From Rhizobium dioscoreae (GTDB lineage Bacteria > Pseudomonadota > Alphaproteobacteria > Rhizobiales > Rhizobiaceae): 24,000 nucleotides of DNA. Position numbers and translations under genes: made by a program. The notes beneath the pieces were generated by a model. That model was given only the letters and a program-made list of their open reading frames with translations, did no database searches and was not told where the DNA came from. Of this stretch, positions 1-6,902 are shown one piece after another. Location of the stretch: NCBI RefSeq assembly GCF_009176305.1, contig NZ_BLAJ01000014.1, positions 8,564 through 32,563 of the forward strand. Reading direction: 5' to 3'. The first letter of the stretch is position 1, and every line of letters begins with the position of its first letter.

Positions 1-603
1 AGGATCGACAAGATCGATGCAGCCACTAAGACGATGGCCGAAATAAGAAGGATCATTTCAATCTATCCTTGTTGTTTAATGGGCGCTTCCCGCGGCGACT
101 GCGTTTCGAAATGCGCCTATATAAGGGCGATTGCAGACCATTTTGTAGTTCAAGTTAGTTGCGAGAGCAACTTCAACCGAAACTCACAAAAGATTTGATT
201 AACGGTCGACAGTCACCTCTATGCCACCTGGTGACCTCCAAGGGCTCGGCGCGGACGACCATCATCAACAAGGTCGGCCAAAGATTGCGCCCGGCAACTA
301 TAGAATTACTCAAAGCTGCAACCCATCCATCCCAATTTGGCAGACTGATCCTTTTTGGAGATCAGAGCCAGAATACAGCGACAATCAGGACTATACACGT
401 AAGCACCACAGCGACGACTGCCAAGGCGCTTTTCCATTCCTGTTCGATATATGGAAGATCCTCGTCCATGGCGTCCATCTACACCTGAGCGCTGATAGGC
501 AGTATGCCCGCAAATTCGCGCGAGTCGAGTAAATAATTCGCCTAAAACAGCCGGAAGAATAGAGAATAAGCTAGCTGCAACTTCGCTCGGTCAGGCAGAG
601 CAT

Positions 604-968
604 TTAAAACGCCACTCCATATTTCGGCTTGGGATAGTCATCCCATCCATGTTCATAGCTGTGGCAAGGCGTTTCGCCCACGCCGATATCGTATCCGAAG
701 CAACCCCACATCTCTTTCAGCCTGGATGCTCGAACCAGTGATCGATGTGGACGGTATCCATCGGATGTATAAGCTCTTCGGGCACCAAGTTCAGATCCCT
801 TCCTGTGGCACCATCAAGTGAGGCCGCCATATTCTCCGTGAAGTTCCGCAATGTCTTCGTAGCGTAGATAAAGCGCGTCGCTCGCGGCGCACCGGCTGCT
901 TCAATCACAGCCTGGAGATCGAACGCGATACTGCCCAGCAAGTTTCGGGTGAAACCTCCATGTTGCAC
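604..968 (-). pseudogene. Possible frameshifted gene remnant of unknown family
   Basis: The 83-aa ORF at 717..968 ends ...HIDHWFEHPG-stop. The +1 frame then continues without stops as LKEMWGCFGYDIGVGETPCHSYEHGWDDYPKPKYGVAF-stop (TAA at 604..606). That tail has a natural protein-like composition. The remnant lies on the 3' side of the tRNA-Gln. I recognise no family. Confidence 0.25.
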
Positions 969-1188
969 GTTCTTGATGCTAGGTTACCGAGCAAATGGAA
1001 TACCGTCAGGTCGTGTGTCACGCAGCGACCATCTAGCTCGGCTACTCGCTTTCTAAGCGTTGTTTGATACAACCGCTAGCTCTGATGTTGGCGCGGGAGC
1101 CGATCGCTATCACAGGCATAAGGCAATCATTGATGCCAATCTCCGAGACGAATGGCGAATCACTAAATTAAGGAGATTTAGAGAAATT

Positions 1189-1262
1189 TGGCTGGGAAAC
1201 CTGGATTCGAACCAAGATTAACGGAGTCAGAGTCCGCTGTTCTACCATTGAACTATTTCCCA
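1189..1262 (-). tRNA. tRNA-Gln (anticodon CUG)
   Basis: The reverse complement folds as a 74-nt cloverleaf. Acceptor stem TGGGAAA/TTTCCCA, D stem GTTC/GAAC, anticodon stem GCGGA/TCCGT with loop CTCTGAC (anticodon CTG). Variable loop TAAT, T stem CTTGG/CCAGG with loop TTCGAAT, discriminator G, and an encoded CCA. Confidence 0.9.
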
Positions 1263-1305
1263 ACAGCCGCCGGGCCGAAAGTGCCCCTACGGGGAAAGCA
1301 GGGCC

Positions 1306-1333
1306 TCTATAATCGAATTTGCCACGGATGCAA
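1306..1333 (-). promoter_or_regulatory. Candidate sigma70-type promoter for tRNA-Gln
   Basis: The minus strand reads TTGCAT (1333..1328), a 16-nt spacer, then TATAGA (1311..1306). This sits about 45 nt upstream of the tRNA 5' end. Pattern match only. Confidence 0.3.
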
Positions 1334-1503
1334 ACACTTTAACGCGGGGAAAATGCGATTTTTTGAAAGTCACTTTCATTCAGACATAATAGGTCAGGAA
1401 CCCGCCTGCCGCCACAAGGTTTTCCGCGCAATACTGCATCATTGGCCGAAACGCATCCTTTAGAAGCGATTTCGCTGGTTTAGGCGTCACGCCTTCTATC
1501 GCC

Positions 1504-2139
1504 TCACCAGCGCAACAGGCGCTTGCCAAGGACATATCCGACAGCGGTCACTATCGCGATCGCAATAGGATACCAGAGCAGGACGAAAAGCGGGCTGTCA
1601 TCCGTGCAATTGGAGGCATAGAAGGTCGCGGCGATGCCGCTGGCGGCAAGGCCAGCAACGGCGCCGGCCGCCCCCGGCTTTTCCGGCGCACCATAGCGCA
1701 GCGCGTAAAGGAAGCAGGCAAGTGGCCCGATCGAAAGCAGCGGGATGAGTGTCAGGCAGAAACGGGCATTATGTCCGATCATCCGCGCGCTCCAACTGTC
1801 AGCCGGCATGACGGCCATTTCGACGGCTGCGGCGGCAAGCAGCAGGACAGGCGCCAAGAGCAGCGTCCAGCCCCACAGGCGCAGCGAAGCGCCCGGCCGC
1901 CCGATGCGGAAGACGACGGCGCAGGCTGTTGCGGCAAGCGCGATGGTCACGACGAACTTGAACAGGAAACGGACGGTCTCCATCGCTGTATCGATATCGG
2001 CCCGAAAGCCAATCATGGCGAAGAAGATACCGCCGCTGATCAGGATGCCCGCGACGACCGCCAGGGTCAGGACTTTGCCGATCCGCATCCGGACCGGCGC
2101 GTCCTGCGCCAGAAGATTGATGAGGTCATCGGTTTTCAC
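1504..2139 (-). CDS. nrsF: NrsF-family (DUF1109) anti-sigma-F membrane protein
   Basis: A multi-pass membrane protein whose family-typical N-terminus (V/M)KTDDLINLLAQDAP begins at GTG 2139. It overlaps the upstream sigma-factor stop (2126..2128) by 14 nt, consistent with translational coupling. The ORF track start at 2166 is a TTG and less likely. Six hydrophobic segments; cysteines present in the loops and TM segments. Confidence 0.85.
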   Translation of the reverse strand: MKTDDLINLLAQDAPVRMRIGKVLTLAVVAGILISGGIFFAMIGFRADIDTAMETVRFLFKFVVTIALAATACAVVFRIGRPGASLRLWGWTLLLAPVLLLAAAAVEMAVMPADSWSARMIGHNARFCLTLIPLLSIGPLACFLYALRYGAPEKPGAAGAVAGLAASGIAATFYASNCTDDSPLFVLLWYPIAIAIVTAVGYVLGKRLLRW

Positions 2140-2692
2140 TGGTCTCACTCCGATACAAAGCCGCAAGCATCTTCAACGCGCGGTGCAGCGCCACGCGCAC
2201 CGCCCCTTCCGTCATCTTCAGCCGGTCCGCCGTTTCCCGGACACTGCTTCCCTCGACGGAAATCGAGCGCACGATCGTCTTCTGCGGGTCTTTCAGCAGC
2301 TCCAGCATACGATCGACATCGAACCGGTCCAAGGCGTCGGTATGCTCTTCCGCCTCCAGGAAATCGATCACATCGTCGATCGGTACGCTCATATGCCGCC
2401 CGCGCCGTCTCAGGCTGTCGATCAGCTTGTTGCGCACGATCGTCGACAGCCAGGGTCCGATCGGGCGGGATGAATCCCACGTGCCGCGCTTCAGATGGAT
2501 GGCGAGCAGCACTTCCTGTACTACATCTTCGGCCTCGCTTACCGGCGCACCCAGCTGATCGCAGCGCCGGCGCGCCATGGCGCGCAGATGCGGCGCGACC
2601 GCGGTGAGGAAACGGTGATAGGCCTGCGCATCGCCGCCGATCGCCGCGCGCATCCAGACTGCCCATTCCTCTTCGCGCGCCGAATGATTCAT
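2126..2692 (-). CDS. sigF: ECF (sigma-70 family group IV) RNA polymerase sigma factor, SigF-like
   Basis: 188 aa. Region 2 reads ...AEDVVQEVLLAIHLKRGTWD...PWLSTIVRNKLIDSLRR. The region 4 helix-turn-helix reads ...SVRETADRLKMTEGAVRVALHRALKML. It sits immediately upstream of, and overlapping, an NrsF-type gene. M14 (2653) is an alternative start. Confidence 0.9.
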   Translation of the reverse strand: MNHSAREEEWAVWMRAAIGGDAQAYHRFLTAVAPHLRAMARRRCDQLGAPVSEAEDVVQEVLLAIHLKRGTWDSSRPIGPWLSTIVRNKLIDSLRRRGRHMSVPIDDVIDFLEAEEHTDALDRFDVDRMLELLKDPQKTIVRSISVEGSSVRETADRLKMTEGAVRVALHRALKMLAALYRSETSENR

Positions 2693-2703
2693 CCGACATC
2701 TCC

Positions 2704-2731
2704 TCTACGCGGGACCGCAGGCCTTCGTTAC
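2704..2731 (-). promoter_or_regulatory. Candidate ECF-type promoter upstream of sigF: GTAACG-N16-CGTAGA
   Basis: The minus strand reads GTAACG (2731..2726), 16 nt, then CGTAGA (2709..2704). This is the same architecture and the same -10 hexamer as the element facing the precursor genes. It ends only 11 nt before ATG 2692, which implies a near-leaderless mRNA or use of the downstream start M14. Confidence 0.45.
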
Positions 2732-2908
2732 CGGCAACGGCAACTATTTTTCAAGCCCTTTCGCCTCCGTGGCGGATTCTCCGCAAAATGCATCTGCTAC
2801 CCATGCGCATGCCAGCCTCACCACCATACCTGCTAGGTTATCGCCCGGCGCAGCAGATAGCCGGCGCACTATAAGTGACGCCATCTTGAAAAAAATTCCG
2901 ACGCGGCT

Positions 2909-2936
2909 GTAACATCCGCTCGAGACGCTCCGTAGA
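2909..2936 (+). promoter_or_regulatory. Candidate ECF (SigF-type) promoter of the precursor operon: GTAACA-N16-CGTAGA
   Basis: GTAACA (2909..2914), a 16-nt spacer, then CGTAGA (2931..2936). It lies about 50 nt upstream of the first precursor ATG (2985). A GTAAC-type -35 paired with a CG(T/A)A-type -10 is the usual ECF promoter layout. Confidence 0.55.
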
Positions 2937-2984
2937 TCTCGATGCAAGCCAATGACGGCTCGCATCCATCTAGGAGACAGATCC

Positions 2985-3251
2985 ATGAAGAACAGCATCC
3001 TCACCCTGGCCATTGCTGGCTCGATCGCATCGGCACTTGCATCCGTCGCCGTCCCGGCTTCGGCGGCCGATTCCAAGGAAAAATGCTATGGTGTCGCCCT
3101 CAAGGGTCAGAACGATTGCGCCGCCGGCAAGCATGACTGCGCCGGCAAGTCGACCATGAGCTACGACAAGATGTCCTTCAAGCTCGTTCCCACCGGGACC
3201 TGCACCTCGATGAAGACCCCGAAGGGCCACGGCTCGTTGACCCCGGCCTGA
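2985..3251 (+). CDS. bufA: DUF2282-family (bufferin-type) RiPP precursor, paralog 1, with Sec signal peptide
   Basis: AGGAG RBS at 2971..2975, then ATG 2985. The translation is MKNSILTLAIAGSIASALASVAVPASA|[29 protein letters not shown]...TGTCTSMKTPKGHGSLTPA. It has an A-x-A signal-peptidase site and four conserved Cys, including the family signature [15 protein letters not shown]. The ORF track start at 2952 would add 11 non-signal residues. Confidence 0.85.
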   Translation: MKNSILTLAIAGSIASALASVAVPASAADSKEKCYGVALKGQNDCAAGKHDCAGKSTMSYDKMSFKLVPTGTCTSMKTPKGHGSLTPA

Positions 3252-3298
3252 TCCGAAAACCGGATTGATCGTCAATCATCTCTCGTAAGGAGTTTGTC

Positions 3299-3583
3299 AT
3301 GAGCAAGATGTCCGCACTCGCCCTGGCCGCATCGGTCGCAACGGCGGTGACGCTGGTTGCCGGCGCAACGACAGCATCGGCCGCCGATGCCAAGGAAAAA
3401 TGCTACGGCGTTGCCCTCAAGGGTCAGAACGATTGCGCCGCCGGCCCCGGCACGACCTGCGCCGGCACGTCGAAAGTCGACTATCAGCGCAACTCGTGGA
3501 AGCTGGTTCCCGCCGGGACCTGCGAGACGATCAAGACGCCGAACGGCCACGGCACCCTGATGCAGGGTCCGGCCCCGGTTTGA
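3299..3583 (+). CDS. bufA: DUF2282-family (bufferin-type) RiPP precursor, paralog 2, with Sec signal peptide
   Basis: AAGGAG RBS, then ATG 3299. The translation is [28 protein letters not shown]|[30 protein letters not shown]...[23 protein letters not shown]. It has the same four-Cys scaffold as paralog 1. Confidence 0.85.
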   Translation: MSKMSALALAASVATAVTLVAGATTASAADAKEKCYGVALKGQNDCAAGPGTTCAGTSKVDYQRNSWKLVPAGTCETIKTPNGHGTLMQGPAPV

Positions 3584-3613
3584 CCCTGGTCTGACTGGGC
3601 AGCGCAAACGCGT

Positions 3614-3643
3614 GGGCGACGCAGCCTTTTACAGGCGTCGCCC
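3614..3643 (+). terminator. Stem-loop between the precursor genes and the enzyme genes (possible attenuator or mRNA-stabilising hairpin)
   Basis: GGGCGACGC (3614..3622), a 12-nt loop, then GCGTCGCCC (3635..3643), giving a perfect 9-bp GC-rich stem. There is no U tract after it, so it is not a canonical intrinsic terminator. Confidence 0.4.
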
Positions 3644-3704
3644 GCCTTCCGAACATAAACCGCTTCGTAACTTTGCTGGAATTGCCCCAACCCGGAGGCC
3701 CGCA

Positions 3705-4559
3705 ATGAAACCGTCAGAACTCCCCCGTCGCGCCGGCGTCGGCTTCAAGCCGGAGCATTTTGCCGCGATCAATGGCGCCTCGCAGCCAATCGGCTTCTTC
3801 GAAGTCCATGCGGAAAACTATATGGGCGCTGGTGGTCCGCCACATGCCCAGCTTGGCAGACTGCGCCAGGATTATGCCGTGTCCATCCACGGCGTCGGCC
3901 TCTCCATCGGCTCGATGCAGCCTTTGGACAGCGAACATCTCGCTCGCCTGAAGATCGTCTGCGATCGCTACGAGCCGGAGAGCTTTTCGGAACATCTCGC
4001 CTGGTCGACCCACGACACGACCTTTCTCAACGATCTTCTGCCCCTGCCCTATACCGAAGCGACACTGGCGCAGATCTGCACCCATATCGATCAGGTGCAG
4101 ACATTGCTCGGCCGTCAGATGCTGCTCGAGAATCCGGCTACCTACCTTCTGTTCGAAGAGAGCACAATCGAGGAAACGGAATTTCTGGCCGAGGTCGCCA
4201 GACGTACCGGCTGCGGCTTGCTGCTCGACGTCAACAATGTCTTCGTCGCCGCCATCAATCACCACATGGACGCGCGCGCCTATCTCAAGCGCTTCCCGGT
4301 GCAATGGGTGCGCGAGATCCATCTGAGCGGCCATTCGGAAACCGTCGACGATGCCGGTGCCCCGCTTTTGATCGACAGCCACGATACACCCGTGAAAGAT
4401 CCCGTCTGGGCGCTCTATGAAGAGCTCATCGGCCGGATCGGTCCAGTAGCCAGCCTGGTCGAATGGGATAATGACGTGCCGGAATGGCCGGTTCTAAGGG
4501 CTGAGGCCGAAGCGGCCGATGCCATCCTGAAGCGTGCCGCGGCACGCAGAGCAGCCTGA
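3705..4559 (+). CDS. bufB: DUF692 / MNIO (multinuclear non-heme iron oxidase, MbnB-like) RiPP-modifying enzyme
   Basis: GGAGG RBS at 3694..3698, then ATG 3705. TIM-barrel DUF692 motifs are present: [56 protein letters not shown] and LVEWD. The track start at GTG 3612 adds an Arg/Pro-rich extension and is unlikely. Confidence 0.9.
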   Translation: MKPSELPRRAGVGFKPEHFAAINGASQPIGFFEVHAENYMGAGGPPHAQLGRLRQDYAVSIHGVGLSIGSMQPLDSEHLARLKIVCDRYEPESFSEHLAWSTHDTTFLNDLLPLPYTEATLAQICTHIDQVQTLLGRQMLLENPATYLLFEESTIEETEFLAEVARRTGCGLLLDVNNVFVAAINHHMDARAYLKRFPVQWVREIHLSGHSETVDDAGAPLLIDSHDTPVKDPVWALYEELIGRIGPVASLVEWDNDVPEWPVLRAEAEAADAILKRAAARRAA

Positions 4560-4569
4560 GGAGGGACCG

Positions 4570-5325
4570 ATGTCTCTCGTCACGCAAAGCGAATTCGCCG
4601 CAGCACTCATCGATCCCGCTCTCGCGGTGCCCGATGGATTGACGGCCTGGAATGGCCCACAGCCGGCACGGCGTTTCGGTGTCTATCGCAATAATGTCGC
4701 CATCGGCCTGATCGGCGCGCTCGCCTCGCGCTTTCCGGCTGCGGAAAGGATCGTCGGCGAGGAATTCTTCGCCGCCATGGCGCATGAGTTCATCCGGCTG
4801 CATCCGCCGCGCTCGCCGCTGTTGCTTGCCTATGGCGATGACTTCCCCGATTTCGCCGGGAGTTTCGAACCGGCGCAGGAAATCCCCTATCTGCCCGATG
4901 TCATGCGACTGGAGGCGCTCCGGGGGCGGGCTTATCATGCGACGGACGCCGTGCCGCTCGATGCGGCGCTCGTGGCGACCATCGAGCCGGCCGGTCTGGC
5001 GGAACTGGCTTTCGTGCCGCATCCTTCCGCCTCGGTCACACGTTCCGCCTATCCAGCCGTCACCATCTGGGCGATGAACACCGGCGAGATCGAACTCGAA
5101 GATATTAGCGATTGGACGGGCGAGCATGCCCTCGTCATTCGCCCGCAGATGATCGTCGAGGTGCATCGCCTGCCGCCGGGTGGCGCAACCTTTCTGGAAG
5201 TGTTGTTTTCGGGCGCCTCCCTTGGTCAGGCCTATGAGACGGCTCTCGCCGAAGCCGCCAATTTCGATCTTTCCGCCAACCTCGCCGGTGCGTTCACGGC
5301 AGGCGCTTTTATGGCCATTCGCTGA
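4570..5325 (+). CDS. bufC: DUF2063 protein (partner subunit of the DUF692 enzyme, MbnC-like role)
   Basis: GAGGAGGG RBS at 4558..4565, then ATG 4570, starting 11 nt after the bufB stop. The N-terminus MSLVTQSEFAAALIDP...RFGVYRNNV is typical of the DUF2063 N-terminal domain. Its position directly after a DUF692 gene is the canonical pairing. Confidence 0.8.
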   Translation: MSLVTQSEFAAALIDPALAVPDGLTAWNGPQPARRFGVYRNNVAIGLIGALASRFPAAERIVGEEFFAAMAHEFIRLHPPRSPLLLAYGDDFPDFAGSFEPAQEIPYLPDVMRLEALRGRAYHATDAVPLDAALVATIEPAGLAELAFVPHPSASVTRSAYPAVTIWAMNTGEIELEDISDWTGEHALVIRPQMIVEVHRLPPGGATFLEVLFSGASLGQAYETALAEAANFDLSANLAGAFTAGAFMAIR

Positions 5326-5343
5326 ACGCCAAGAGGAACGAAG

Positions 5344-5823
5344 ATGCAGAACCAGATGATGACGGCCGCTACGGCCGAACGCGAAACCTTGCCCCAAAGG
5401 TTCTATAGCGGCCTGAAGCTTCTCGACCGCATTCCGCATGACCTGATTGCTCTGATAGCGCGATTGTCGATCGCCGCCGTCTTCTGGCAATCCGGCCAAA
5501 CCAAGGTGGATGGCTGGCACGTGACCGACAATGCCGTCTATCTCTTCCAGACGGAATACAAGCTACCGCTGGTCGATCCCTGGATCGCCGCCCATATCGC
5601 CGCCTTCAGCGAGCACTTCTTTCCTTTTCTGCTGGCCATCGGATTGGCGAGCCGCCTCTCGGCGCTGGCGCTGCTCGGCATGACTCTGGTCATCGAGATC
5701 TTCGTCTACCCCGATGCCTGGCCGACGCATGGCACATGGGCAACCTGCTTTCTGGTGATCATCGCAGGCGGGCCTGGGCGTATCGCGCTCGACCACCTGA
5801 TTGCCAGGCGGTTCACGCACTGA
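5344..5823 (+). CDS. bufD: DoxX-family integral membrane protein
   Basis: 159 aa with four hydrophobic segments and DoxX-like segments RLSIAAVFWQSGQTK and EHFFPFLLAIGLASRLSAL. It is the last gene of the operon, 18 nt after bufC. Confidence 0.8.
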   Translation: MQNQMMTAATAERETLPQRFYSGLKLLDRIPHDLIALIARLSIAAVFWQSGQTKVDGWHVTDNAVYLFQTEYKLPLVDPWIAAHIAAFSEHFFPFLLAIGLASRLSALALLGMTLVIEIFVYPDAWPTHGTWATCFLVIIAGGPGRIALDHLIARRFTH

Positions 5824-5841
5824 GCCTGAGATCGGTAGACG

Positions 5842-5866
5842 GGAGCGCCAATACGAGCGGCGCTCC
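5842..5866. terminator. Hairpin in the convergent intergenic region
   Basis: GGAGCGCC (5842..5849), a 9-nt loop, then GGCGCTCC (5859..5866), an 8-bp perfect stem located 19 nt after the doxX stop. No clear U tract follows. Confidence 0.3.
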
Positions 5867-5880
5867 ATGATGCCGGCTAA

Positions 5881-5903
5881 ATGCGCATTTTCATTCTGCG
5901 CAT
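5881..5903. terminator. Second hairpin in the convergent intergenic region
   Basis: ATGCGCA (5881..5887), the T-rich 9-nt loop TTTTCATTC, then TGCGCAT (5897..5903). It lies between the 3' ends of doxX and the dioxygenase gene. Confidence 0.3.
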
Positions 5904-5945
5904 GTCGTCGTCTGAAAACCACGGCGTACTTCTGCGCGAGATGCC

Positions 5946-6902
5946 TTAACGCAGGACGGGTTCTCCGTGGAAGCGGCGGCGCGACGGCTTCGAGACCCCG
6001 AAACCCACCTCCATCATCAGCCGCGGCTTCTGCGTCGGCACGGTGCCCATATGGAAACCGAAGGGATCCTCGACGAAGCCCGACCCGGCTTTGCCGGTCA
6101 GTGTCAGTGCATTCGCCTCGCCATAATAATCGAGCACTTCGTTTGCCGGATGGCCGACCAGCAAGGTCAGCTGATGACGGACCCGGCGGCGTTTGTGACT
6201 TCCCTTGACGAAGACATGCGGACCAGTGCCCTCATCCACATCGACAAGATTGAAGAAGAATTTCAGCATCCGCCAATCGTCGAGATCGAAGTGGTATTTG
6301 TCGAGCGAAGCGAGGCTGCGGTCGGCTTCGGAAGCCTGGGTCGGGAAGCTCCACCAGATGCGGGTGGTGATCACCTTGGCCTGACCGCCGAGATATTGGC
6401 GGGCGACGTCGATCAGCAGCGGATCGCGCTGGACCGCCATGACCGCTTCGCAATCGAGCGAGCGCTCGAAGAAGTGTCCGCTCAGAATCGGCCGCCCAAA
6501 ACGAGCCTCCGCTTCCTTATGTTCGCCTGCGACGAATTCGAGCTTCCTGTCGAAATTGCCGAAGCAGGCGGTGTTGGCGGCGAATTCTGCGATTTCTCGA
6601 TGAATATGATCCTGCAGCATCAGGCTCGGATAGATGCCATCGGTCCGCAGAGCGTTGACGACGGCGCTGCGCTCGGTGCCGGCAAACATCGAAGCGCCGG
6701 AAACGGGAAGCCTGACGGGCTGCTTGGTGGCCAGCCAATGCATCCGTCGAAACGGTAAGGTTCTGGCCAGCAGGAACATCGGCAGCCATGCCGGGTTTTC
6801 CTTAAGATCGGTCAGGTAGGTGGGTATCCTGACAGCCATTCGCTTGAATCGGCCGCCCCGTCGGGCGATAGACTCCAAGTCTTCTGCCGGGGGATTGTGC
6901 AT
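5946..6902 (-). CDS. PhyH-like Fe(II)/2-oxoglutarate dioxygenase superfamily protein, unknown substrate
   Basis: A protein-like ORF with a facial-triad-like pattern: H-x-D in KYHFDLDD and a distal His in DPFGFHMG, plus GPHVFVKGSH. I prefer ATG 6902 (MHNPPAEDL) over the TTG at 6950. The family assignment rests on motif resemblance only. Confidence 0.6.
   Translation of the reverse strand: MHNPPAEDLESIARRGGRFKRMAVRIPTYLTDLKENPAWLPMFLLARTLPFRRMHWLATKQPVRLPVSGASMFAGTERSAVVNALRTDGIYPSLMLQDHIHREIAEFAANTACFGNFDRKLEFVAGEHKEAEARFGRPILSGHFFERSLDCEAVMAVQRDPLLIDVARQYLGGQAKVITTRIWWSFPTQASEADRSLASLDKYHFDLDDWRMLKFFFNLVDVDEGTGPHVFVKGSHKRRRVRHQLTLLVGHPANEVLDYYGEANALTLTGKAGSGFVEDPFGFHMGTVPTQKPRLMMEVGFGVSKPSRRRFHGEPVLR

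Noticed and set aside
1188-1463. A 91-aa plus-strand ORF.
   Set aside because: Its 5' part is simply the antisense of the tRNA-Gln gene, and it has no RBS.
1745-2607. Two long plus-strand ORFs (242 and 278 aa) overlapping nrsF and sigF.
   Set aside because: They are Arg/Ala/Pro-rich, low-complexity translations typical of off-frame or antisense ORFs in high-GC DNA. The minus-strand genes carry recognisable ECF sigma and NrsF features.
2744-3275. ORFs 2744..3076 (-), 2942..3136 (+) and 2970..3275 (-), plus several ORFs overlapping precursor 2 (3178..3705).
   Set aside because: They overlap the promoter region or the precursor genes in other frames or strands. The precursors have RBSs, signal peptides and a conserved Cys scaffold.
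3714-5520. Minus-strand ORFs 3714..4382 (222 aa) and 4426..5520 (364 aa), antisense to the DUF692 and DUF2063 genes.
   Set aside because: They have Arg/Gly-rich composition and no motifs. The plus-strand genes have RBSs, tight operon spacing and family motifs.
5967-6758. A 263-aa plus-strand ORF opposite the PhyH-like gene.
   Set aside because: The composition (RRLRDPETHLHHQPRLLRRHG...) looks like a high-GC artefact. The minus-strand frame has the H-x-D...H pattern and is longer.
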